Position numbers and translations under genes: made by a program. The notes beneath the pieces are model-generated. The model did no database searches. It saw nothing but the letters and a program-made list of their open reading frames with translations, and was not told where the DNA came from. This document shows, piece by piece, positions 11,822-24,780 of a DNA stretch of 64,000 bases. Source of the DNA: Podarcis bocagei (Eukaryota); NCBI GenBank assembly GCA_964188305.1, contig OZ076895.1. One strand, 5' to 3'. Within the stretch, counting starts at the first letter, position 1; the number at the start of each line of letters is the position of its first letter.

Positions 11822-13586
11822 GCAGCTAAAGCATCCAAGTAGGACAGCTGCTGATGAATAGACTTCTAGAAGAGATGGAGCCAAATGCAGTCGATTCTGG
11901 CCAGGCTGAGTTAAGCCATTTATGCGAACATCTCTCTCTCTTTAAAATAAAGCAGTTTGTAGCCTGCTGAGTGTTTTAGTCTCTCTACAGTCCCCACTAC
12001 AATAACAGAGGATGTCCTTTGGAAAGGAGATCATCATGCCTTATAGCTATGCCAATGTTATGGCTACACAATCTGCAGAATGAGTATTGTGTTGTGTACA
12101 ACACAATGCTTTGAGCTAACAGATGGCCTAGCATATGCTGATACTGAGTTTGAGTACAGCACAGCAGTTGGTTGACTATTTTTAACCAAAGTGATTGAAA
12201 TATGAAACAAATATTCAGGTCTTTAATCTATAGTCTACTCCTTAATAGAAGGTTTGGGGAATATGTTTAAACTTGGCTTTTCTATAATCAGTTGTTTATT
12301 CTGATTCCATCTAATGAGGGTAACACAATATGTTGGGTCTCCAATTATTACAGCTGGTGTTTAAATAATATGGGCCTTTTTGTGTTAAAGAATCCATATA
12401 TTGCCTCTGGTTCTTTTTCAGCATTTTTACCTCAACAATATGGGAGTCTTCTGATGTTCACTTCTCTGAAAACTCACATCAAAGCTTACTGTGACAAACC
12501 AGAATAGATCATCTAATATATTTTGGCAAAGCAGATGTCTTCATGCTGCTTTCTTGAAAATCTGTGCACATGCCCAACTCGTAGAGTCCTCTGCTTCTAA
12601 GAGGAAGAATCACAATGAAAAATTTGTAACACAGCATACTACAAGCAAAAAACAGGTGCCCCACCCTTAATTTATCATAAATGTTAATAATAAATATGTA
12701 TGTTGGGTTAATCACAGCAGTACTTTTAGCACTGTCCACAAACTTGGCTGAAATGGTACCTTCTGAGAAGAATGAGACAAATCTCTGCCTATCTTCAGGT
12801 GAGATCCTCATTCTAAACTGTATTATTTAGTTAGGCACATAAGTGAATAGCAAGGTACCCAATTAATTGTCATGCCACAATGCTAATGCAAAGCTGTTGG
12901 GGTGTCTCCATCCCTCAAATATTGCCGAAAGGGGGATGAGCTCTGGCCTCTGTAGAAATGCAAAAAAGGATGCTGAGTTTAATTGAGGCATGATATGCAG
13001 GCTGTCTGGCTATTCATTCCCAAGAGGTGATTAATGACCAACTGAAAGGTGTTGCTTGCAACAGAGATGGCACAGGGTTCCAGAGAATCAGTTAAGCAAT
13101 CACAAGCTACTGTTAGTGTGGCTGGGTTGTGCTGTGAACAGCACTTATTTAAAGCATAAGGGCATGCCTTGATCTACTGCCAGGAGGCTCTTATTGCTCA
13201 CACAAACCCACACAGAGTCCTGCGGCATGTAGAGAGTTCCATCTGAATGGAGCCACTTGGTAACAACAGGATCAACAGGAAGTTTCCTCCTAGCAGCTGG
13301 CAATCAGACACATTAATGAACCTTCTGGCAACAGGAAAGCCCAGAGTTGCATACAGAAATCATGACTAATAGCAACGGACAGATGGGTTCTCCATGAATC
13401 CATTGAATTCATTTTAAAGTTGTCTAAGCTAGTGACGACCAACACATCTCATGGCAATGAAATCCATGAATTTATTTTACACCGTGCTCACATGCACACA
13501 ATATGCTTAAAGCACATTTATAGTGTGCTAACAGTCACAGCTTCTGCCAAAGAATCCTGGGAACTTCAGTTTACCCTCACTCTTAA

Positions 13587-13941
13587 AGGTAAAGGTAAAG
13601 GGACCCCTGACCATTAGGTCCAGTCGTGGCTGACTCTGGGGTTGCGGCGCTCATCTTGCTTTACTGGCCAAGGGAGCCGGCGTACAGCTTCCAGGTCATG
13701 TGGCCAGCATGACTAAGCCGCTTCTGGCGAACCAGAGCAGTGCACGGAAATGCTGTTTACCTTTCTACCGGAACGGTACCTATTTATCTACTTGCACTTT
13801 GACGTGCTTTCGAACTGCTAGGTTGGCAGGAGCAGGGACCGAGCAACGGGAGCTCACCCCGTCGCGGGGATTCGAACCGCCAACCTTCTGATCAGCAAGT
13901 CCTAGGCTCTGTGGTTTAACCCACAGTGCCACCACGTCCCC
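13587..13941 (-). mobile_element. Full-length Sauria SINE
   Basis: The minus strand starts GGGACGTGGTGGCACTGTGGGTTAAACC, has B box GGTTCGAATCC and ends in (ACCTTT)n. 13-bp TSD ccctcactcttaa at 13574-13586 and 13942-13954. Confidence 0.92.
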
Positions 13942-14471
13942 CCCTCACTCTTAACAAACTACAATTCCCTGTATTCTTTGGGAGAAGCCATGTAGTTGTT
14001 ACCTGCCTGTTATGAATCTCTTGCTAATCAGGGGTTTTTTATGAGTTCAAGTATTGTGAGAGAGAAACCCTTCTTTTTCCACTTTTCCAATGTCATTTAT
14101 CATATTCTAAACCTCTATAAAGAACTCCCCACCTTCCTAATAGTTTCCAGTACAGAATTTGCCTTCACATCATTTTCATTGACCTATCCACAATAACCAA
14201 GATGTCTTTCCTGGATAGTTCAGATCTTAGATACAACTGACATCTTCAGTGCTTTAGAAAAACCTTCACAGCTAGAAGACTGCCAAACATGACTACTTCC
14301 TTGCGGAATAAAAGGGTTCTTGGTATATAAGTGACTCCTTGAGTATTTGTTGTTAATTAAACCTGCTGGCAAAAAGGTAAATGCCAGCAATACTGAACAA
14401 ATTAAACACTCAAGTGAATAAATAATTATGAGGACAGGCAAGCAAACAAACCAAAGTGGTTTTTTAAAAAG

Positions 14472-14484
14472 TCTCTCTCTCTCT

Positions 14485-14525
<41 letters not shown>
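14472..14525. repeat. (CT)n(CA)n microsatellite
   Basis: Directly visible. Confidence 0.9.
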
Positions 14526-14529
<4 letters not shown>

Positions 14530-16495
14530 AATATCAAAAATATTTGAGCTTTCAAACTGGCATAAAGACCCAGATGAAAAGCATTTAACGTGGCCAATGT
14601 TAGTCCATTGATTAATCAACCAAGCGTTAAGGCAAAGGACAACACTTTCCCCCTTTTCCTTTAGTCATCCAAAGTCAGCAAACTTGAAACAAATCACACT
14701 TGTATAAGGTCAGAAAATATTGACAATCACATATTACCGGCACAGAGACGGCAAAAGCTTTGAGAAGAATATGTGTGGTGTTAATGACTTGCCCTTTCTG
14801 TCCTAGTCAGGGTCATTTGGATTAAATCAACCCCTTCTCAGTCAGAACGACTGATTGCTGTTTATGCTAATATAACACAGGATGATGATAGTGAGACAGC
14901 TAAAGGTTGAGCCTAGCTTGGTTATAGAGAAATTGGGTGGTGGTGGTCAGAAACCAAAGTCTAATGTGGCATGATAAATAGCAAAAATATTGATTTAGTA
15001 TGGCTGATCCCAGGCAGAACCATTGTGTATTCTATCCATAACCTGCACTGATAAAATAACCCTAATTATTTTCAAATTATTCACAGCTCATGTTGATCAT
15101 GCACTTATTAAAGGCAATTTTATGCATTTCTTAGTGAGAACAATTGCATGCTTACATTAATTCGGCGGATGTTTTATGCAGATGTCTCAAACCATTTTGT
15201 TACAAAGTAATCCTACTGAGACAAGTGTGTTTTGAATTTTAGTCATATTGGTATTTCCACTAAGTCACCAGTGGCTTTCATGGATTTACTGCAGAGTTTT
15301 GCCCCAACATAATTTGAGGTCTAGAATCACTTTCTTGCAAGCTTTTCCCCCCCACTGGGGAATGACAGCTGTCAGTAAAGATTTGGTTCTATGCTTTGTC
15401 TTTGGCTATAGATACATGGAGCCCTAAATGGTATGGGAACATGGTATCTTAAGAGAATGCCTTCTAAATGTAAGATCTTCAGTATAAGATGTGCATTAAG
15501 ATATTCACATAGAATCTTTGCTTGCTTGCCCTCTTTTATGAGGGATAAAGCTTACATCTAACTGGGGCAGGTCTTTTTCAGCACCGATACCCTCCCTTTA
15601 CTACAGTTTCTGCTCAGCTCCTGTGCCAGATTCAAACTTGGTTAGCTTGGGGAAAGTTGTGCATGGTGCCACCTTTAGGACAGCAAATTATTTCTACAGT
15701 AAGTGTTGGTTTGCTCACAGTCAATCACATGTAAGTTAGTCACCTGCACAGAGTAATAGCTGGGAAATAGTAAGACGGAGCCTTTCAAGGAAGTTATATG
15801 AACAATGTAGAGCTTCCAATATATGCATCTCATTCATTCGCCTTCCTTTTGAATAATGATACAGATAACATATTTTGTTGGATCTTTTCACTCGTGTTGA
15901 AAGAGCAAGCATTTAAATTAAAGGCTAGAAGATGGATCAAATAAAGAAAAAAGGAAGACAAAGATGTTGCATGCATTTTCTCCAGATATTAATGAGTTTT
16001 GTTGTAAATTCCAGACCAATGATAACTCAGTCTTGCTGGCACCATATGCTCCCCATCTCTTAATACAGAACATACAACCACAGCACAAAGGGGAACTTGA
16101 ATTCCTGCATTTGTGGGAGTTGAAGGAGAATATGCTTTAGTATTTGCTGGAATTGTGCCTTCTCTAGGAGGATGTAAACCAGAAAAAGGAACGAACAGTT
16201 TTGCATTAAGGCAAGAAACAATAGATTGCATTGTATTAATTTTATTGTATACTTCAGGAAATTTCAGAATACCACGGCAACCACTACCATACCATACTAA
16301 TAGAAAATGCATTGCATTTCAAATTTGTCATTATAATGAAGTTTTGAAAAAGAACTCATTTCGCCCCCCCCTTAGATTATTATACACATTATTACTATTC
16401 CTTCCTAAGCTCAAGAATACAGATAATATTCAGCACACCCAGACACCTCATATGTACGATTGCAAAAGCATTTATTTTTTTTAAGATAGCAATGC

Positions 16496-16548
16496 GCTCT
16501 CTCTCTCTCTCTCGCTCGCTCTCTCTCTCTCGCTCTCTCTCACACACA
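16496..16548. repeat. Interrupted (CT)n(CA)n microsatellite
   Basis: Directly visible. Confidence 0.9.
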
Positions 16549-17749
16549 CTTATTTTAAATATATATAATGTGGCTTAAGATTACTCTGATAAATCAAAGC
16601 ATATATGGTGTCAAAGTTTGACCTTCTCTCCACTTCTTGGGCAAGCACATATATTGCTCTTGGGTCGGTGATATGTACTTAATAAAAGGAAAATACTACA
16701 AATAGTTGTGGGGATGAGATATGGTCTTCAGGAGTGAAGCAAGACATTTGTGCAACTTCTTAATTTGCACTGCAATTGGCTTCCCATGAAAAACTCAATA
16801 CCTTTCACAGACGGAAAGGGGAAGACTCCTGTGTGCCGGTAGGGAGCTTATTTTTGCTTATCCAGTGGAACTTCCCCTCCTTCTCTCACATTACTCCCCC
16901 CACCCAAGTATATGCAAAGTATATGTAAAGTATGGAGGGAGTTAAAGAGAGAGAGAGAAGTTCCATTGCAAAAGAAGAGGTTGTTCTGTGAGAGCAATGA
17001 CTTTGTTGGATACAACCCTGTTTGAAATGAGTAGTTAATGAATGTTGGTCAATGTAATATTAAGGCTTACAAAGACTGAGAGCCAGTGCTCTGAGGATGC
17101 TGCAATCCCATTTTCTTGAGGGAATGTTTGGCACTAGAGTAGTGCCAGTGGTCCCTGCTGCCTTTTCACACTGACTTCCTCCTAATAGATTGACTGACTA
17201 AGATATGCAGTAGGCTAAGTGCTACTTCTTAGCTGATGTCAAAACATATTTATATGTGCTTTATGTACTAATGGGACTTCTGCATCAGTCACCTAAGTGC
17301 TTAATAGCTCTAATGTGGTTGCTTAATGTACTTTACTGAGAAGACAAACTGAGCACCCAAACCACTTGCTTTCATCCCATTCAAGTCTACTCAAAGTACC
17401 CTTTGAGTTCACGGGAGCTTATTCCCAGGTGGGTGTGTATAGGTTAGAAGCCCAAATTGGCCAGAGAATGAGCTGCTTGCAGTGAGATTTGTTCCCTCTT
17501 CCTAACAATAAATAAATGAAAATGCTCCAACATTAAGCTGCTCTGAGAGAGGACAAAGTAAAGAGAAAAACACTCTGGCCTCTGCCAGAGGTACAAAAGC
17601 AGCTGTGAAGTTTCATCCCTGCCTTTCAGGAAGAGCGCCACGCTAAGAGGAAGCCAGCCTGGCTGCAGACTATGGCTAGAGGACCAACAGGAATCCAAGC
17701 TGTGTCTATCACAGAAAGATTATCAGTTTGGAGGAAATCAGCTTACCCC

Positions 17750-18117
17750 TTGTTGTTGTTTAGTCGTGTCCGACTCTTCGTGACCCCATGGACCAGAGCA
17801 CGCCAGGCACTCCTATCTTCCACTGCCTCCCGCAGTTTGGTCAGACTCATGTTTGTAGCTTCGAGAACGCTGTCTAACCATCTTGTCCTCTGTCGTCCCC
17901 TTCTTCTTGTGCCCTCAATCTTTCCCAACATCAGGGTCTTTTCCAGGGAGTCTTCTCTTCTCATGAGGTGGCCAAAGTATTGGAGCCTCAGCTTCACGAT
18001 CTGTTCTTCCAGCGAGCACTCAGGGCTGATTTCTTCTTGCAGTCCATGGGACTCTCAAGAGTCTCCTCCAGCACCACAGTTCAAAAGCATCAATTCTTCA
18101 GCGATCAGCCTTCTTTA
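17750..18117 (-). mobile_element. BovB-type RTE LINE 3' fragment
   Basis: Encodes LRLQYFGHLMRREDSLEKTLMLGKIEGTRRRGRQRTRWLD...HGVTKSRTRL, the RTE/BovB C-terminus, and has a (CAA)n tail. Confidence 0.92.
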
Positions 18118-18639
18118 CCTTGCCCCTAGTAAGACAAAATGTCTGTTGACCTTCATTTCTTTGTTTTGGCATGGTGAAGCTGACCTCATTTGACCACTGT
18201 TTCTCTCTGCTCCTTTCTGGCTTGGGCAGAGCAAGTCTCATAAGGGAGGTACAGAAAGGCAGATTCACCACTGCAGCCATGCTGGCCTTATTGGTGTGCC
18301 AACTCCGGGCTGGTACAGCTGATGGACCAGAGGACTGAGCTCTTGGAGGAATTTATGGGCTTCAGATGTAAAGCTACTGGGATTCCAGCCCAAATAAATC
18401 ATTCCAGGGCTTTCCACCACTCATGTGGTGGAAGCTTAGGAATAGCTCAAAAACTCCATGATGGCAGACCCCCAACCACTAGTGGCATACCTCTCTCTCT
18501 GGCAAAGGTCAGTGAAAAGAAATCTATGCAGCATCCTAGCCAACAACAATGGGTGTGGACTGGGACTGTGCTCTTAAAATTAAGTTCTCAGATTCACAAA
18601 CTATGTATGAGCCTCTCAGTATCATTGTTTTTGAATTTA

Positions 18640-18864
18640 CAGTGGTACCTCTAGTTATGAACTTAATTCGTTCCAGAGGTCCGTTCTTAACCTGAAGCTG
18701 TTCTTAACTAGAGGCATGCTTTCGCTAATGAGGCCTCTTGCTGCCACTGCACCGCCGGCACACGATTTCCCTTCTCATCCTGGGGCAAAGTTCTCAATTT
18801 GAGGTAACTCTTCCAGGTTAGCGGAGTTTGTAACCTAAGGTGTTTGTAACTCGAGGTACCACTG
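18640..18864. mobile_element. TcMar-Tigger-like MITE, complete
   Basis: TA|CAGTGGTACCTC ... GAGGTACCACTG|TA, with TA TSD. Confidence 0.88.
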
Positions 18865-21056
18865 TAGTTGCTGAGAGGCCACTTTTGGAGACCCCCCCCC
18901 CTTTTACAAAAATAAATAAATAAAGCTGAATAAGAAAGACAATACCTAAGTAAAATTTTATGATTTTGGCTCTCTTTGTAAAATCCAGCTCCTTTGTACT
19001 TCTCCATGGACTCTCTTTGATGTCTCTATCACTGACACATGGCAAGCCACAGAATCAATTTTTAAAAATGGCCTAGTAGGGTAGGTACTCATAGTGAGCA
19101 GTTTTCTGACATGCTGTGTACAGTACCTTTCTAAACAGCCATCACAACATTCTGACTGGGAGACAAAATGATGATATGCTTGATAGATTATGACAGTAGC
19201 CTGGAAGGGGGTGGGGAGAAACCAATCCAAAAATCTATATATGCATTCATGCCACCAGCACGGAAAACTGCTTGGTATGCCTGACTTGTAGCACCCAGTC
19301 ATCAAATGAAATTTTTGAGTGATTGATTATCGTTTGAAGAATGCTGATGAGCTCTACATTCTGAAAATCTGCTTGCAGATAATTGGCTTTATTTGTGATG
19401 CGTGTAGGATGCTGAGTCATTAATGAGGCAGATTCTACTAGCAATTTAATTTGATCAAATGTTATGAGCACCAGACACTGTTCTTCCAAATATTTCATCC
19501 AGATAAAGTGAGCATTCTTCCATCACTGGTGGCTTTCCTGAATATGTCAGAGCTGACCAGGTATTAGCAGATTTCAAAATACGTTACTGCTGTTTACCAT
19601 ATGATCTTTTAGCCTCACTGTATTAAAATGTACCACTAAGTACAAAGACTTTATCAAAGTCTGAGGGGATGGTGTTGTGCAATCCTATATGTATCTACAC
19701 TTACACAGAACCATGCCCTGTTGGATTCACTAGTGGCATAAAGTGAGACTCCATAAAATACAAAACATGACCCTAAAATTATAAGCTTGATAGACCAAAA
19801 ACCAGGTAGGGGGTTGAAAAGTTCACATGGCATGAATTAAAGAGATCAAGCTTCATACAGCTTACCCAAGTGATGGAATGCACTGAAAAACAAGGTTTTC
19901 TGCTTCCACTTAATTCAAAAGTGAACAATTTGTGGCCTTCAGCCTAATTCAATGCAGGTAATGAGGAGAGAGAAAAAGGTGTAGCAAAGTCCTGGTATCT
20001 ACCCCTGACATAGATTCCACCAAGGGAATGCAGCCACAACAGGGGGGGGGGAAACAGCTGTCCACTCCTGGTATAAATTATACTTTGCACTGTTCCAGTG
20101 TCAGATTAATTTCCAATGTGTTCTAGAAGACAAACTACCATTGGGTGCTTATGGACCATTGCATATCCTTATCAATCGTATCTGAATGGTAGGACGTGGT
20201 CAATTGCCTTCCTTGCTGATCCCAGGAAAAAGAGAGAAGACGAGGTATTGGGAGAACAACTCTGGAATGTTGGATTCATGGGATGCTCAGCTTTGATGTT
20301 ATTTAACACAGGCACCCCCTTCAGAATGTTCCAGTTTGTACATACAGGTTGCTTATTACAAGAACCGACAAAAACCTGCTTTGAGACTTCTGGAAAATAA
20401 CAACCTGATATAAAGAATCAGGAAGTAGAATGCACTGTGGACACAGTTGTGTCACTGTCACATATCCACAAAATAAACATAAAGTGGAAGAGCATTTGCC
20501 CTTCTTTAAAATGGGCAAGTGTTTATAGACAAAATGGGCAAGTGTTTAGACAAATATAATACAGATAAAGTATTCCATGTCTGCAAGAAATGATATTCAC
20601 CCATTGTAACACCCCCACAAATACAAGTTCTTAAAATAGATGAGCTTTAGTGTCCCAAACACCAATAACAAAAAAAGTGAAGTACTCCCCAATATAATCA
20701 AGGACTGCACACATATTCACATTAAAATACAACTGCATACAAATGTCTAGAATAAGTAAGCCTGGCCCTGTTCAAACATTACAATACCAACATTACAAAT
20801 GGTAGCTGCTGATAAACCCAAGGTACATTTTAATTAGGCCTTTGATGCCCTAACAGTACATGTTTGAAGACTTATGAATCCATCAGGATAATCAATGAAT
20901 TATTAGTACCAAGTGTTAAAAATGAAACGAAACTTCAGACTTCAGGGGTTGTTTTTGAAGGATGTTTCCTTATGCAATAAGAATAATCACAGACTGTAGG
21001 ACAAGTTTCTGCTCTGACAATCTTCACAGGAATGAGGGTGTCTTAACTGCTAGCAG

Positions 21057-21194
21057 CAGGGGTACGCATACCCCTAAACATTTTGTGAATCTAAGTTTTG
21101 ACTCATTGAGGGGCAGTATTTCAATATGAGTAGGAAAATGAGAGTACCCCTAAACATTTTATTATTATTATTATTATTTTAGAAAAAAGCACTG
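21057..21194. mobile_element. Putative DNA transposon end fragment
   Basis: Repeated TACCCCTAAACATTTT, an (ATT)n run and terminus AGAAAAAAGCACTG. Other end not seen. Confidence 0.4.
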
Positions 21195-22041
21195 GGTAGT
21201 AGTATGGCCTTTGAAAAAAGGAAAGGTTTTTTCCCCCTTTAAGGTCAGAGGCATTGTAGACAGAAAGTCTCAAATCAAACCAAAATTCAGAATTATTATC
21301 TCATCTCACTGTTGTGCAGTTCTGAAACCTGAAGTTCTTTCCCCACGTGCTTCTTTCTGCTGCGTTTTCCTAAGCTACTCTTATGCCTCTACCAGGAATA
21401 TGATGTTCCTGTCATACCACTGTTGGAGTAAAGAACTACTAACTGTGCAAGCATGTTTACTCAGAAGTAGGCCCTACTATGTGTATGGGATTGCAATCTT
21501 CCTCCCATTCTCTATAACAGTGGTGGCCTTCCGATGTCGTTGGCCACCAGTTCCCATAAGGCCCATGTCCAATGGTCAGGTATGACAGGACCTGTGGTCT
21601 AACAATATCTAGAAGGTCACAAGGAAGCCACCCCTGCTCTGTAACTACTGCTGTTGGTTGGGCTTGGCATGCCAATGGAAACAGTGGTTGCTGTTAAGGT
21701 GATGTGACTTCTCTTGTTCTCTTGTTCTTATGTAAAGCCTAACAGTGAAAGAAGAACATTGGTCTTCCCAATTTAAATTGGGTACAGAGTTCTTGCATAC
21801 AGAGCATAGGGATGAATCTTTTTTAGAATAACTGTAGTACACACACACACACACACACACAAGCAAAGACTGACACGTACCTATTTTAAATGTACATGAA
21901 AATGTACTTTCTGAAGTTCTGGCAAGTGATTTACATCCCAAATGTTGGCTTCTTTAAACCGAGTATGGGTAGAATCATTCGTTTTGCGATAATATCGAGT
22001 GCAATAGATGACAGCATGTGCAAAGTATTTGTTATCAATCA

Positions 22042-22047
22042 TTTATT
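22042..22047 (-). terminator. Candidate distal polyadenylation signal (AATAAA)
   Basis: TTTATT on +. On the mRNA strand it is preceded by U-rich sequence and UGUA motifs. One of several candidates. Confidence 0.35.
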
Positions 22048-22536
22048 ACTGAAAACAAAAAGGATTTTCTTATCTGGCACATAAACAATCATGTCTACAA
22101 AAAGGAAAGCCTACAAATCTTGATAATTTATACAAATAACAGTTCTCAAAAAAATAAAAATTTAATTTAGTAAACTTGTGCTCTCTCTTTTTTAAGCACT
22201 GTCTGCAATATCCACCACAAATCCCTGAGCAGAGACAACAATTTAAACTTATTCCAAAATTGAAAGTTAGAAATCCCAGCCCCATAGTGAAAATGTATGG
22301 AGGAACATGGAACAATCTTCTTATTTTTTTTTTTAAAAAAACCTTCCACCTGTCGTTGTTTGAAATGAGACAGACAATGCCACCATAAAAGTGTGAACTG
22401 CTTTTGTGCAATTAATGTGGGGGAAAAGAATGAAACACAAGAAATGGAGAAGCTAGAGCAACAGTGAAATGTTACAATCAGGAAGTTGTACTTGCATCTG
22501 AAAGCTGAAATTTGAGCCATTTGGGGATGCCAGTTA

Positions 22537-22623
22537 GGCTGCAATCCAACACACGAGTACATAGGAGTAAGCCCATTGAAATCAGTGGAATTTACTTCTA
22601 AGTAGATATGCATAGGATTACAA
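22537..22623. mobile_element. Short palindromic MITE (Harbinger-like, family inferred)
   Basis: GGCTGCAATCC...AGTAAGCCCATTGAAATCAGTGGAATTTACT...GGATTACA imperfect hairpin. Relatives near 17375-17450, 19675-19730 and 21450-21500. Confidence 0.65.
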
Positions 22624-24429
22624 TTTTAAAAAGAAGAAGCAGTTTTAGAGGTTAATATAGCATTTATTTTTATAGCTGCTCAGAAATATGGTGTGGAATG
22701 ATGGCTGTAGTACTAAAGACTGTAATATGTTATCATATGACTTAACCTGAAATGTTGAATTTCAAACTTGTAAGATTTTAGTTTCCTCCTTCCTAAACAG
22801 CAGTGTTTAGGCTTTCACCTTGAGCCAAGTCCAAAGGTCATTGATTCTGCAGAAGGTCAATAAGTTAGAGCTGAGGATAGGGTTGTAAGACACTTGTAAC
22901 TGATGGTCTATGATTACCAAGCTTGCTAAAAGAAAAACAAAGTGCATCTAATGCAAAATGCTATTACAAATAGTGACAAATAGTAGTTATGCCGATAGAG
23001 CGATATTGCAAGACTCCTTAACATGTATACATTAAGATAGCTGAAGTGATTAAACAGCACAGAATAAATGTGTTCTCATTTCCTTCTAAGCACCAATACA
23101 CACCTCAAAACATTTAAAAACACAGCGTGAAAAGCAAACTAGAAGGCTAACAACAGTTGTGAAACACTAGGTAATGACTTTATTTTTTGCTTCAGTTTAA
23201 AAATAAAGAGTGTCAACAATGTATTAATCCAGGAGTACGCAGCAATGGAATGATAGTCAAAGGAAACTTTCACATAATGGATTATGGGAGTTCCCTTAAT
23301 AATATTCATTTCAAGGGTATTCCATGATATAAGGCCAGGATACAAAAAACACATTTCAGAAATTGCAGCCCCACCTTCCATTGAAAATGGCCGCTAAAAC
23401 AAAAAAAGAGTTTCAGTAGCAGCTTGTGCTACGGCATGGAAGTAAAAAAAAAAAAAAAAAAAAAATTGCCCTCAGACATGCCTAAAATTGTTTTTTGGAA
23501 CCTGGCCTAAATTTATGCCCACTTGTGTTGAAATGAATGTTGAAATAGATCCTATTATGTCATTTAAAAACCTGCCTACCCAATAAAAGAAGTTGGTAAA
23601 TGGCCGAAAGAGCACAGATCAGTCTAATATGTTTTAAAATATATTTTTTTAAAAAATACAGATTGTAATAACTATGCCAAATGAACTGAAATGTTAAGGA
23701 AAATGAATGGTGCCACTTTATTGCGATAAAGAAAAAAAAAGATGCAATATTGAGTTGGAAACTGCACAAATGTTTTGCCCCCTGTATGTAAAAACGTTAA
23801 GCATATGCAAAAATAATTGGCAACCATTGTCAGTCACATAATCCCTTTCAGTCTAACACCCTGTGAATTCGCTAGATGCTAAAAGCATTAAATCCTTTTA
23901 GTTTCTTGCTGCCTGTAGCAAAATATTTCCCTTCCCACAAACTGCTGATAAATCTCATTGCTAACATTTCACAAACATATTCACCAACTGCACACGTCTT
24001 CAAATTGTTCCAGTAACATGTAGCTGCTCCGTAGGCAGAGATGCAAGTAAAAGGTTAGCATTCTGTTTTGACAGTAATAACAGGCACACGGCTGCACTGC
24101 GCTTAGGCACAAGGTAGCTGTGTATCAGCTTGATGCTGACAACTGTCCTGTGTGAGCCACAAGGCATGGTATATTCAAGCTAAAGGACTATACTGTGTGG
24201 ATGGATGCAACTGTTGTCGGCATAATTTCAAGAGCAGTGCCACTGCCAGCTGGTCCTACACAGTCCCTTGCTCTCAAACTAAATGTGACAGCTCCCTCAT
24301 GTTTCTTTTTCATGCGCCTGTCCAATTTGCATCTAAAGAGTGGTGTGTGCACGCGCGTGTGCATGTGTGGGACTCTCTTCTTTTTCAAAAGTTGCATGGT
24401 AGTAGAAGAAACTGATCCCTCTTCCTGCA

Positions 24430-24780
24430 AGGCATGGGCAAATCTAACAATTTTGGCTTTTCTACATTTTTCATCTTTCCCATCTTCACATTTCTCCACA
24501 TCAGATTGTGGATTTTTCTAAACTGCTCTCATGAAAATTCACCAGAATTTCAGTGCAACTTTCTCCTAATATTCACCTATTTGTATGCAATTTTACCTCA
24601 GACACTTTAATTTTTTTGCGCACATCACTTCCCCTCAGTTATATCCATTTTTGTGCTCATTATTTGGTTGGAGAACTGCATTGCAAAATTTGGAAAAGTG
24701 CCGATTTTGAAGGATGGCTGTGTTTTGGATCTGATTGTTCTGGAAAGTGTGAATTGTATAAGATTTATCCCCACCTGTAC
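24430..24780. mobile_element. Old interspersed repeat inside the putative TMTC2 3' UTR
   Basis: Similar to 2981-3429 (GCAAAATT...AAGTG...TGAAGG.TGGC block). Confidence 0.55.

Noticed and set aside
17672-18193. 173-aa plus-strand ORF (and 62623-62952)
   Set aside because: These are antisense frames of BovB fragments, a common artefact.
20508-20553. Short direct repeat AAAATGGGCAAGTGTTT (similar small repeats at 34495-34560 and 45650-45695)
   Set aside because: Simple local slippage duplications with no further structure.
2365-21941. Numerous 60-125 aa ORFs left of TMTC2 as a second gene
   Set aside because: They show no recognisable domains, many start at non-ATG codons or run through microsatellites and repeats, and I found no consistent exon chain.
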